Below are positions 36,401 to 49,200 of a stretch of 64,000 nucleotides of DNA, in pieces. The translations under genes and the position numbers were made by a program. Under the pieces are notes generated by a model. The model did no database searches, had not been told where the DNA came from, and saw nothing but the letters and a program-made list of their open reading frames with translations. Every line of letters starts with the position of its first letter. The first letter of the stretch is position 1. The stretch comes from Anthoceros angustus (lineage: Eukaryota; Plantae; Anthocerotophyta): positions 124,001-188,000 of the forward strand of contig VJWM01000108.1 of the NCBI GenBank assembly GCA_010909165.1, given 5' to 3'.

Positions 36401-39400
36401 TCTCAAGCAAAGCTTGACTGTCATGACAGAGTCATCATTAACTCTATGCAGCATCAGGTTAGCTTAGATAACTAAGTAAGAAATGCTGACATACCAGAAC
36501 AGGGGCACCAGCGGAAGAAGCTCAGGGTCTACAGTACGCATATCAAATCCGATGTCTGCGTACAGCACATCATTTGTAGATATATCATGTCGTAGGATGG
36601 TTGCTCCTTTCCGATGGTCGACCTGCAGGACATCATAGAACACATTTCACATGCTCCAAGCAAACAACATACAGGTACAAGGAGTTGCGTAGAAGTGAAG
36701 GAGATCATACAGCTATGGGAATGACAGGTGGTTCCTTCGGCAGGTCAGCCAACGACAGGCATGGGACAACTTTCAGTGCCTCAGGTGGATCAGGTGTCTC
36801 CTGCTTTTCTTTGAGTTTATCAGTGGCAACAACAAGCTCCTCAAGCTCCTCTGTCCTTAATTTAGCCTTCAAATGGCGAAGTCTATCTCGCTCGGCCGCT
36901 TCATCAGCATCAGACTTTTGAGGGTCAGGCTGCAAAAGATGCATTCCTCAACTGCATCAGAAGAGACTCAACAGCTGCACAGGGTGGCACAAGAACAGAG
37001 CCACAAACTGAAGTCTTTTGCAGCAAAACAAGTAGTAGATCAATAATTCCATTTCAAACAATCAGCATACCTGAAGCTCAATAGCTACTCGATGAGGATT
37101 GTCCAACAAATATTTGTGAATAAGCGGGGAGAAAACAGCTTTGGGACCTCCTGCGGCCAGCCTAGCCTTAAAATCCTCCAAAGGCTTAGCAAACTTTAAT
37201 GGGTCAAACGGATCACCACCATATATCCACTTCGTCTGTAACCATTCAACCCAGTTGTTACATGGTGCTGACTCCCACTACCACACCCTTGGTGGTAAAA
37301 AGGACATGTACAACGAATCCTAAGAGGGAATCAACACATTCTGCACTATCCTCAAAATTCACTCCAAACAAAGTAGGAGCCAACCCATTCCATGCCGTGA
37401 TTAACATTTCCAGAGAAAGACAGAGTCTGTCAGCGAGTGCTTACCATCGATCGAAGCATGAGAGAGAGTCCTCTGGGAAATGATCCAGTGTTGTTTTCAC
37501 GAAGTTGAAACTCAACAGTGTTGATGGATGCTTGCACTGCCTCCTCAGAGAAGCCCTCATCAGCCAATTTTTTCAAAGTTTCAGTTATCAGGTCCTCTAC
37601 TTTTTTTACATCATCCTTCCCAACACCTTTCAAACCAACCATGAAGGTTGGCTGTAGCAAATCATCCTCAAGACCATCCCCAACGAGTGCCTCGCCCAAG
37701 CCACTTTCCAGAAGCGTCTTCCTTAAAGGAGCTGCTGCAGAGTTCAGCAGAATATGGTCAAGAAATCCTAAAGCCAGCTCTGTTTGCAAGTCCAGCTGTG
37801 TGTCCGCAAGGACCCACCCTAGAACTACCATGTACTTCTTGTTGACATCACCAGCCGAACTTGCGGCATACTTTGCAACCACCCTTGCTGGTTCAGAGAA
37901 AAGCTTTTGAATTTTAATTTCTGACTCCTCTGCCGATGAGCTGGCCTCAAAACTATCGAGGTATCCTGCAGCCAAGTGGATCCAGATCAGTTTGACGTGT
38001 ACCACCCACCACTACCAGCAATGCAAGAAGAAATATATCTTACCACTTAAAATCCGAAGTCGCTCGGCTGGATCATCATCACCATAGAACCAGACTCGTG
38101 CGTTGGTGGGGTGGTAGAATTTGCGGTGAAAGTCCTGACCACCAAGAAGCTTCAGTATCAGGGAGGTCTGCATTTCTCTGCGACATAAAGCACGAGATGT
38201 GGACCTGTCCTATTCGATTCCATAAATAGAGGTTATGATTAACAGCATAACTCACCTTGAATTCTTTGAAAGTAAGATTTGGAATCACAGCTGGGTCCCC
38301 TCCACTGTCAACCTTATATGTATTGTTGGGAAACAAATTCTGCACGGAGACTCACACATTAGCTACAAGCTCACGTTCCAGCACTGAGGTACTGTCTTGT
38401 CTTATGATGGGGTCCAGCATAATTCGATGTGTTCCAATACCCTTTGAGCTACACGACCGAGTATAGTTTCAGGCTGCGAATATGCTCCTTTCATCTCGTT
38501 GAGAACAACACCCTTGTAGGTGATTTTCTCTGAAGGATCGTTGAGTTCATAATGCCAACCTTCCTGCTGAAAGGTCTGGATGTCATTCACACACTGAGGG
38601 AAGAACACAGCATCTAGATAAACATCCACCAGGTTGTAGAAATCCTGTTCCGGACACAAAGCAGCTCACTGATTATCAAGGGAATACAACATAAGACGTT
38701 AACAGTTGCACAGAGTGGCATGAAACAAATTTATCTGCAGCAATATCATAACCATTACCTTCAGATTCGTGGACGCTACAGGGTAGCAAGTGCGATCCGA
38801 GTAGGTGAAAGCATTCAAGAAAGTGTGCAGACTTCCCTTAAGAAGCTCCACAAATGGCTCCTTCACAGGATATTTCCTAGACCCGCAAAGCACACTGTGC
38901 TCTAAAATATGTGGTATTCCCTTGGAGTTTTTGCTGCAGAGTCCAAAGCCCACCTGTCACCCAGTTTTCTGGACGGCATTCTTACTAGCAACAAGCATCT
39001 CCCTATGCTTGCACCAAGCTCAGCAGAAGAACATCACCGGCACAAGCTACATGTGAACAGTAAAGCTTAATCTCCCAAGCAACTGATATCGAGTATACTA
39101 CGTTCCCAAACTGGTCTGGTATGTGCACGCACTAAGGACAAATATACTTACGGAGGAGTCCGAAAAGTGATACCAAAGACCTTGTTCTCATCGTCAGTGC
39201 TCACAGACATAACTTCAGCCCCGGTCTTTTTGTGCCGATAGAGCACAGCTGTGCACTGGTACTCGTCTATGAATTGGTCCTCGACTTTCTCGAATCCAAG
39301 TGCCTGAACAGTATCGGGGTTTGCCTCTGATTCACAGCCCCAGAAATCGTCAAGCCCACTACGCAGAAGCAGGATGACAAATTCCGTCGAAAACGAAGAA

Positions 39401-39940
39401 CACTCTGAAGGCAGTCCAGCTCAAACATAGGACCATGGCAGTTTGCATTGAAGAAGGGCCATTCCAGAATGCGCAGGCCACGCAGCAGGTATCCACTTTA
39501 TCCATACAGCACCAGAATTCCAGTTACAAGACCTCATTCAATCCACCCAATTTATGAAATGAAACATACCTAGTCTAGGAGGGGGAGCAGCAACGGCCGC
39601 CTCAACAGTGCTGATGTTCCTGGTTCGGGAAAAGGCCGGAAGAAACACTGGCCTCCTGCTCAGCAGACGGCCAGTCCATTGCCAGCCCCGCAGCATCCGG
39701 GGATTGCCGGACTGCAGCCCGGAGCGGGCATTGCCGAATCTGGGAAGCAACACATGAAATGGCCGACTGGGGCCTGACCGTGTGACGGCACTCAACACCG
39801 TGGGCTGCACAGCAAGCGGGCCCCGAAGGGCAGCCTTGGCGTGCATTGATGCAGCCCGCACCACACGCGTTCCTGCCAGGATGACCAGCTCCAAAATCCC
39901 CAATTTCAGGTCTCAATCTCCTCTCACTCGCAGCGAGCAT
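33444..39940 (-). CDS. PreP: Presequence protease (M16C pitrilysin-type peptidase) with organellar transit peptide, multi-exon; contains an internal tandem duplication
   Basis: GIPHILEHSVLCGSRKYP (HXXEH), FLNAFTY, YKGVVLNEMKG, LRENNTGSFPRGL, C-terminus PGFLTVQKVL*; the start at 39940 assumes a 55-nt first intron. Confidence 0.93.
34359..36617. repeat. ~1.13-kb tandem duplication inside PreP
   Basis: About 34359-35482 matches about 35483-36617; differences are mostly small indels; GATGGT microhomology at the junction. Confidence 0.92.
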
Positions 39941-40955
39941 GCAACGTCACTGAGATCCAATCAGATCAGCTCCCTGCCTGCATTTGCATTAGGGCTATAA
40001 GATCAAAACCCTAATCGATCAGATCAGAAGCGAGCGGACCAGGACCAGCTTCTAGCACATTCGGTGCTTCAGCGGGTCCAGAGTGCGATGCGTCGTTTTT
40101 CTTTTAAATTTTGTTGCTTTCACAACAACGGGAGGATGTTGGTACCAACGCACTTAAACGCTCTCACCTCTCATGCTCCCTCCTCACCGTTAGGGTTCAG
40201 GGTTCTGCATTCGGTGAAGTACAGCGTGCATTGACTGAATAGGGTTAGGGTTCGGGACCATTCAGGACAGTCAGGACGAGCAGCAGGGACGAGGCTCTCG
40301 CTGCTGCCGCCTGTGTCAGCAGGAGCTTCCGTTGCACGCTGCACCTGATAGGTTAGGCAGGCCTAACCAGTTTGGAGCGGGAATTTGTGAAACAGTCCAA
40401 TGTGGCTTTTTGGATGGAAGGAAGTAGGCAGCGAGAAGTTTTCATCATTTGGAACGATTTCGACGAATCTGACAAGCAAGGAACAGAGGAAGACAGGCAC
40501 ATACAAGGCATTTCTGCTGTCCAGAAAGTAAGGAGAGCTGGTAGTAGAGTTCTGTTCTGCATTACAAGGTGGGAACACTCGGGAAAAATGGGAGAAGCAA
40601 GAGCCACATCCTTAAAAAGACAAAAGAGTTATTAATTAATGACGAATCGCGTAAGTTTGTGAGGTTTGCATGCTGTAAGCAAAAAGGGATTGGTGCGTCA
40701 GGCAGCGAGAAGGCAGATTCCTGTCGCCGGCGAGGGACAAATTCGGAGCGTCATCAACACCGTTAAGGATCAAGCTTTGTGGGCCAAGGTAGGCGTCCCT
40801 TTGCCCTTTTATGTAGCTCGGTGGATGTTCCAGTCAAAAAACGAGGACGCAATCTGCTCTCCCGCCTTTGCTGTTTTCAGAGAGTGTCCCAGTTGTGTGG
40901 CGTCTTGCTCAGAGCAGAGGTGTGCTTGGCACGTCTTTCTTGTGCAGAGGTCAGG

Positions 40956-43900
40956 ATGTGCGGAATACTCGCAGCCCTGGGCTGCCAAGACACGTCGCTC
41001 GCAATGCGAGCTCGCATCCTGGAGCTTTCCGGGAGGTGGGTGGTGGGAATTGGGATTCTGGTTGCATTTTCGAGCAGAGCACAGCAGCATTTCCCGGTGG
41101 GCTGAAGTGGGCGGTCGGACTGTTGCAGGTTGCGACATCGAGGGCCAGATTGGAGCGGGCTGCACCATTCCGACAAGTGCTTCCTGGCGCATGAGCGGCT
41201 CGCCATCATCGATCCTGCCTCTGGCGATCAGCCTCTGTACAACGAGAGCCAGACCATAATTGTGACGGTGCGTTTGCGCATTTCGTGGAATTGGGTTGCA
41301 CTGGTGGGGAAGAATTGAGCTCTGAAGAGTGGAAATTTCTTTGGGCGGAGTAGGTGAATGGAGAGATTTACAATCACGAAGAGCTGAAGAAGTTGATGCC
41401 TGAGCACCGGTACCGCACGGAGAGTGACTGCGAAGTTATTGCGCACCTCGTGAGTGATCAGATCTGGCGCCTCTGGTGATCAGTCTTCGTCTTTGGAGTT
41501 GGAGATTCTAGGAGGTTGTGCCGGTTCTCGGTCTGGCTTTGCCTTGCCTGTTGTTTAGGTCTCTTCGAGATGATGCGTCTTGAATTTTGCGTCTGTGTTG
41601 TGTTCTGGAACCGTAGTATGAGGAGATTGGTGAGGAGATGGTCTCAAAACTTGACGGAATGTTCTCCTTCGTCCTGCTCGACACTCGAGATAACAGCTTC
41701 ATTGCCGCTCGTGACCCCATTGGCATCACTCCTCTGTATCTCGGCTGGGGTGTTGATGGTATGGATCCTGCCGCCCTTGGGCCTGGTGCTGTGCCTCCAA
41801 GATGTCAATCTCAAAATAACATGTTGATATGGGTCTTGATGGGCGACAGGGTCGGTGTGGTTCGCCTCTGAGATGAAGGCTTTGACAGACGCCTGTGAAC
41901 GATTTGAGGTGTTCCCACCAGGCCATCTCTACTCCAGTAAGCAAGGTCAGTGTCAGTGCACAGAGGATGGATGTGATATGAACCTGGTTGGAAGCTTGCA
42001 GGCAGCTGGTGGCCTGTCTCTGAGAAATCCATGGTGGCCTTGTTGCAGGCGGCTTGCGAAGGTGGTACAACCCTCCTTGGTTTGCTGAGACCATTCCCAG
42101 GACACCTTACAACCCCCTCGCACTCCGAGATGCTTTCGAGAAGGTGAGACCGAGACACGCCTCGTCAGTGGCTGAAAGTTGAGCAGGTGGAAACCGTCTT
42201 CTGCCTCTGCATCTCATACCCAGACATCGTGTTGCACAGGCTGTCATCAAAAGGTTGATGACGGATGTTCCCTTCGGTGTGCTCCTATCGGGAGGCCTAG
42301 ACTCATCCTTGGTGGCTGCGGTTGCGTCTCGCCACCTTTCCAGCACAAAGGCTGGAAGGCAGTGGGGTTCCCGGCTCCATACATTCTGTGTGGGGCTAAA
42401 GGTGCTGCAGTTGGTTACCTGCTTTGTTGTTTTGTAAATGCTCCACTTCCCCTCTTTAGTTACACCTCACAATCTTTCTTTTCTGTCCAGGGTTCTCCTG
42501 ATTTGATAGCTGCGAGAGAAGTTGCTGACTACCTCGGTACGCAACATCAGGAGTTCCATTTCACTGTGCAGGTGGGCTCGCACTGTCTCTCTGATAGGCA
42601 AAGCAGCCGTATCTCCGTCACTGCTAATGGCTTCCTCTGACTAACAGGAGGGTGTGGATGCCCTGCCCAATGTGATCTATCACGTGGAGACATATGACGT
42701 CACAACAATCAGAGCTAGCACGCCCATGTTCTTGATGTCCCGCAAAATCAAAGCCTTGGGTGTGAAGATGGTACTGTCGGGTGAGGGATCCGACGAAATC
42801 TTTGGCGGTTATCTCTACTTCCACAAAGCACCCAACAAGGAGGAGCTACACAAGGAGACGTGCAGAAAGGTTCATCTAGATGTTATGAATGCACTTCTAT
42901 TCCGTAATGTGCCAGCAACATGGATTTTTTGCTAACCAGTCAGGAGTTTTGTGAATGCAGTTGAAGGCTCTTCATTTGTATGATTGTCTTAGAGCCAACA
43001 AGTCGACCTCTGCATGGGGTTTGGAGGCTCGCGTCCCTTTCCTGGATAAGGACTTTATCAATCTGGCGATGGATCTGGACCCTGCTGAGAAAATGGTGAG
43101 GCCACCCACATTACCTTGTCCCACAAACTTCTGCTAGCTCGACGGCGTAATTTGTGATTAATCGTAATCGCGTGTACCAGGTCCGGCCCAAGGAGGGGAG
43201 GATTGAGAAGTGGGTTCTGAGGAAGGCATTCGATGACGAAGAAAAGCCCTATCTTCCCAAGGTGCACCATCTATGCATGACGCATGTTGCGTTTCCGAAA
43301 TTCACCGAAAAGTCCGTCAGCCAGCTTTGGTGCCGTTGTGTTTACGTTTCGTGGTGAATTGCAGCACATTCTGTACAGGCAAAAGGAACAGTTCAGCGAT
43401 GGAGTCGGCTACAGTTGGATCGACGGGCTAAAAGCACATGCCGAGAGTCATGTAACACTCCATCCATCCCTGGCCCAAATTTACGAGCTGCTCTGTCAAG
43501 CATGTCGTACTAAACCCCCGGTGCACGCCATCCTCCTCCAGGTCACAGATCAGATGATGCTTAACGCCAAGCACATCTACCCGCACAACACTCCCGGAAC
43601 CAAGGAGGCATACTACTACCGCTTGATCTTCGAGAAGAAGTTCCCCCAGGTTAGGCCTGAGCCTTAACCCTAATCTTAGCCCTAACCCTAACGCGACCGG
43701 CTCGCCATGCATGAGAGAATTGTGGTGTAGCATTTCACGCGTCCGTGAACTGACGCGCTCGCCTAACGGTGTGCAGCAATCCGCGCGGCTCACCGTCCCG
43801 GGAGGCCCCAGCGTGGCCTGCAGCACCGCGGCCGCCGTGGCCTGGGACGAAGCCTGGGCCAAGAACCTGGATCCGTCGGGAAGAGCCGCCGCCGGTGTCC

Positions 43901-43995
43901 ATCTGGCTGCTTACCAGGAGAGCGAGAAGACTGCCCCTGCCCCTGCTCCTGCTCCGCCAGCGGACGGCGTCCTCCTGCCTGTTGTCACAGTCTAG
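40956..43995 (+). CDS. ASN: Glutamine-dependent asparagine synthetase (class II GATase), multi-exon
   Basis: MCGILA start, [74 protein letters not shown]. Confidence 0.97.
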
Positions 43996-44410
43996 CTTGC
44001 ACGGCTGCTACCGTAGGCCCCGTCATTGAGGTTGCAAAATCACAGCGCCGCGTGACATTCTTTGCTCTCGAGCTGAAGCCTGGTGTCTTCTTCCAGCGCC
44101 AGATCATGCAGGACGGAGTTCATGTGCAAGCTCGGATTTGTGTGCACCTAGTCTACGCTTTGGTCAGCAAAATTTGATGTGTTTATTGGTAATTGCGAAT
44201 CTTGCAATTGCAGGATGGCGATTCTTCCTCGTCGAAGCTCCAATTTTGTTGCAAGTTGCCGTTTCTCGTGTTGTTAACAGTACGAATGCAACACAGGCAT
44301 GTCCTGCATCCTTGCAGCGGGATTGTCGTACCGATTTGGTGAGCTTGCATGTTTGAGAACAACTGCGAGGGACGGAAGTACTGTAGGGATTGCGAAATTG
44401 CACGATAGAG

Positions 44411-45469
44411 ATGGCGCGCCACGCAGCAGCGGGGTCGGCTCCGCTGCCGCCATGGCCGCGGAGTGACGAGCATCCGCCGCGCTCCGCCGTCTTGTGCCTG
44501 GTGCTGCTGCTGGGAATCGCGCTGCCGGTGGCGCTGCTGCACGCGCTCGCGCCGCGGGCGGAGGGAGCGGGACGGGTCGCCGAGGTGCCGGAGACGCTGG
44601 AAAAGGCGCTGGCGGCAGTGGCAGTGGACGGGACAGTGGTGGTGTGCACTGTGAGCGAGCCTTACGTGCCGTTTCTCGACAACTGGCTCATCAGCGTGGT
44701 GAAGCAAGGGCGGGGGCGGCACCACGCCGTGCTGGTGCTGGCGGAGGACATGGCGACGCGGGACCTGGTGGCCGCGCGCTGGCCGGGCCACGCCGTCCTG
44801 CTGTCGCCCTCACCCGCACTCGCCGCGTCCGCGGCGGAGAAGTTCGGTTCACAGGGCTTCTTCAACCTCACGTCCCGCAGGCCCCGCCACCTGCTGCGCA
44901 TTCTGGAGATGGGCTACTCGGTGCTGTACAACGATGTGGACATGGTGTGGGTCGGGGACCCTTTCCCCTTCTTCCGCGGGGAGCACGACGTGTGGTTTGC
45001 GGACGACATGGCGGCCGTGAAGCCGGCCGGGCACTCCTCCGGGTTGCCTCCGCCGGGGAAGAAGGGGCGGCCGTACATCTGCAGCTGCCTGCTCTTCATG
45101 CGGCCGACCCCGGGAGCGAAGCTGCTGCTGCGGGCGTGGATGCAGGAGATGCGGCAGAGGCCATGGTCCAGGCAGGAGAAGGTGAACGACCAGCCGGCTA
45201 TGAACTGGGCGCTCATGAACACGGCGGGAATGGTGGACGTGTATGTTCTGCCCCAGGCTGCGTTTCCCACCGGAGGGCTCTATTTCAGAAACCACACCTG
45301 GCGGAGAGAGCAGGAGGGGAAACAGGTGGTGCTGCATAATAACTACATTGTCGGCCTAGAGAAGAAGATCAAGAGGTTTCGACAGTTGGGGCTGTGGTAC
45401 CTGGATACACCTTCTGATGCGGCCTTGTCACCTCTCTACTCCGAGATGGTCGGCAGTACACTGACCTGA
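44411..45469 (+). CDS. GT77 nucleotide-diphospho-sugar transferase, RGXT/MGP4-like rhamnogalacturonan-II xylosyltransferase; intronless
   Basis: Type II TM anchor; KFGSQGFFNLTSRRPRHLL; YNDVDMVW (DxD); LPPPGKKGRPYICSC; LPQAAFPTGGLYF; HNNYIVG. Confidence 0.9.
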   Translation: MARHAAAGSAPLPPWPRSDEHPPRSAVLCLVLLLGIALPVALLHALAPRAEGAGRVAEVPETLEKALAAVAVDGTVVVCTVSEPYVPFLDNWLISVVKQGRGRHHAVLVLAEDMATRDLVAARWPGHAVLLSPSPALAASAAEKFGSQGFFNLTSRRPRHLLRILEMGYSVLYNDVDMVWVGDPFPFFRGEHDVWFADDMAAVKPAGHSSGLPPPGKKGRPYICSCLLFMRPTPGAKLLLRAWMQEMRQRPWSRQEKVNDQPAMNWALMNTAGMVDVYVLPQAAFPTGGLYFRNHTWRREQEGKQVVLHNNYIVGLEKKIKRFRQLGLWYLDTPSDAALSPLYSEMVGSTLT

Positions 45470-46200
45470 TTGATGCTACATCCACTGCCAAAGACTGAAC
45501 ACTTGAAACGTAGATGCAATTCCTTTATGAACTCCATACCGAGTAATGAAGAGGAACACAAAGCGACTTCAGCACAATTCTGGAGTTCGCCATCACATTA
45601 TGCTTGAAAAGTTGCCTTCACTTTTCAGGAAACAAAGCAGCAAGTGAAGTTGCCTTTTCACACCTGTTGGCAAGATGCCGACAAAATCCAAGGTCACAAA
45701 GACACTTGCACAACCAGTGGGGGAGTCGGGCAGAGAGGCACATCCCACTGGCAGCAAACACAGAAGCTCTCAACCTCTCTCGTCTTCTAAAAAAAACAAC
45801 ATTCTAGAAACTCCAGCAAGGGCAGAGCCGGGAGCGTGACTGCCATCTAAGCCACCACAGTCCAGCAAAGAGAGTTGCCCACCTTTGGCAGACACGACTC
45901 GTTATTAGTGTTGAGGACCATCACTTATTAGCCACTGCTCCAAATATCTAAACACCTGCCTCTGCCCTGGACTGTGGAGTAGCTAGAACCAATGGCACAA
46001 TACGCTACACTACACCACCTACACTTAAGTCAGCTCGAGCCACCTATTGAGTCCATTATTACGCGTGACCTTTCTGTACAGTTACATGTCAATCACCTGT
46101 GTTCATGTCAGCAACTTGCTATCGACCTGACTAAATCCTGCAAAGAATCTTCAATCTTACTCCTACAAAGAAAAAAAAAATAAGGGGGAAAACACACAAG

Positions 46201-49200
46201 TCATTGGAACCTTTCAAAATTCGGAAGCGAAAGTGAAAGACCGTTGGTGTTAGGCCGAATCTGCAGGTTAGACTCTATGGGTAGATTATTTTGCATATTG
46301 AAGGCACCTATCTGAGACCTTGACATATTGCCGTCGAACGGATTGTTTAACAGATTTTGCTGTTGGGCCGGCCGACGCCCTGCATGCACTGAGGCCTCCG
46401 CCTGATGATGGGACATCAACTCAGGTACTTCAGGCTCCGGAGTCCCCAAGGAGGGCTGTTGCTGCACTCACAAAGCCCGCGAAGATCAGCATTTCTCGCA
46501 TCGCTTGAACGGCAACACCTTCGATGAAAGAGAAACCAAGGCGAATGACTAGCCCCGGCAAGGGTTATGACAGACTCAAAGTACAATACACACTGTCCCC
46601 TCGCTCAATCAACCACAACATGCAAAAAGGCAGGCAGGTGTAGTCATCGAACCTGGCTTGAATACATGGGAGTTGCCAAGTTTGCTGTTTGATTGGCATG
46701 ATAAGGTTGTGGAGGCCAAGTAGAAAGCCCGAAGCCTGCTGTCATATCTTGAGAGCGTCCACCAGAAACTCCCCCACTGTAGCCATGCTGTACCATGCCC
46801 ATCTCCACCTTCTCTTTCTTTATTTCCTCAATGTACGCAGAATCCATGGTCTCCATGTTCAAGCCGTGCAAGCCACCTCTCAAAGCCGTAGGCACCATAG
46901 ATCGCATGCTATCTGACTGGCAACTATGGGAAGGCATCTGCTCACTTCCCTCTCCTTGCGAGCCCGCCATGTAGTAGGTACTCGGTTGACATTCAGAGCT
47001 GCCACCAGAATCCCTAATCATGTTTCAGAAAGTGGGGGCAGTGAATTAAAAACCAACCTAACGAACGAACGATAGGGCCATCGAAGAAAAGCAAAACTTC
47101 TTTTCCTCAGCTTGTACTCCGTTATGTCGCACCTTATTTGAGAAGCATTCTGCTGCATGACAGAGGATGATGAATGTTCCATGAAATCCTGGAGCTGACT
47201 GCTCTGTATCCCTGACATCCATCCCCACGGCAGGTACCCTGGGATTCCTGGTGGTGCTCCACCCACACGGCTTTGCAAGTTTGCATAGATCTGCAGATGT
47301 GAATAGGAGATCGGTGCATGAGCTTTGTGCACCACACCTAGGGCACACCTTTTCAGATGCACAGCACACTTGTCGATGCAAATGATGCATGCACACAGGT
47401 AAGCACCTGCTGTAAGCTTGAGAGGGGATTGTTTGCGTCGGTCTCCTGCTGCATTTGGACAGGTTTCAACGTTCAGCACATGGAGGAACTAGACAGTGAC
47501 ACAAGGAGGCTAGTCCTCAAGAGCCTGTATCCGTGCACAGTAGGTACATCGAGGTATACCTGGTTCCTAAGCCCCACAAGGTTGTTGTTCAGCACTTCAA
47601 TCTGCGCCAGAGTACCAGCTGGTTGTTAGACAGCATGACATCCCGAGTGCACACCTTGAAGAAACGCTTACACACTACGACGGCCTTGGGCAACACGGTT
47701 CGCAGAGAGAAAGCCCCTGCAATCCATCACCGTTGACGTACCTTTCGCGCCCGAACTTTCCGCAGAGCTTCCGTTATGTCTTCCTCCAGACGAAGAAGCT
47801 GAGCTAGCGAGGTGCACTGACGGAGTTCGTTTTCATCAAATAACCTACAGCCCCAGGGCAGACATGCCTCAGAACACTTGGCTGAAGTGCAACATGCCCT
47901 TGGAGCAGCGGTCGCTCCCAATCCCGAATCCGAGCCAGCCGAGCCCCGCTCACTCTAAGGCAGTTCCGTTGCTAGCAACGGCTCTAGAGACCACTAACCT
48001 CGCCTTTTGCTGAGCTATCTCTTTCTCCTGTGTCAGCCTTTTGATCTCATCTAGCAGCTGCAAAGCCAGACGACACAAGCAAAGCATAAGCGCTTCACTC
48101 TCAACCATAACACGGAGCGGAGCGAGTGAAAAACGATGACTCCAAACCTACAGCAGCAGAGCCTCTACTTACCCCTGCTGTGTCAAGGTTTCTGCTTGGC
48201 ACAAACAGAAGCAGCCGACATGCAACACAAGACAACGCCCTGTCAGACCATTATCGCTTCGTTCCGCAGCGGCAGCCACAGAAACCAAGGAGAACGGTGC
48301 CAAACCTGGACTGTGGACCGCCGTCGTTCCGCTCAGCATTCAGCTTCTTCACGGCCCGGTTCAGGTACTGCCGGAGGACAGGACAAGGCAGGCACGCCAG
48401 TCAGTGCGATGCGCTGGCAAGGAGGGCTGTTGCTGCACTCACAAAAGCCCGCGAAGATCAGCATTTCTCGCATCGCTTGAACGGCAACACCTTCGATGAA
48501 AGAGAAACCAAGGCGAATGACTAGCCCCGGCAAGGGTTATGACAGACTCAAAGTACAATACACACTGTCCCTCGCTCAATCAACCACAACATGCAAAAGG
48601 CAGGCAGGTGTAGTCATCGAACCTGGCTTGAATACATGGGAGTTGCCAAGTTTGCTGTTTGATTGGCATGATAAGGTTGTGGAGGCCAAGTAGAAAGCCC
48701 GAAGCCTGCTGTCATATCTTGAGAGCGTCCACCAGAAACTCCCCACTGTAGCCATGCTGTACCATGCCCATCTCCACCTTCTCTTTCTTTATTTCCTCAA
48801 TGTACGCAGAATCCATGGTCTCCATGTTCAAGCCGTGCAAGCCACCTCTCAAAGCCGTAGGCACCATAGATCGCATGCTATCTGACTGGCAACTATGGGA
48901 AGGCATCTGCTCACTTCCCTCTCCTTGCGAGCCCGCCATGTAGTAGGTACTCGGTTGACATTCAGAGCTGCCACCAGAATCCTAATCATGTTTCAGAAAG
49001 TGGGGGCAGTGAATTAAAAACCAACCTAACGAACGAACGATAGGGCCATCGAAGAAAAGCAAAACTTCTTTTCCTCAGCTTGTACTCCGTTATGTCGCAC
49101 CTTATTTGAGAAGCATTCTGCTGCATGACAGAGGATGATGAATGTTCCATGAAATCCTGGAGCTGACTGCTCTGTGTATCCCTGACATCCATCCCCCACG

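Noticed and set aside
44494-45339. 281-aa Gly/Ala-rich alternative-frame ORF
   Set aside because: A by-product of high GC at third codon positions in the GT77 gene.
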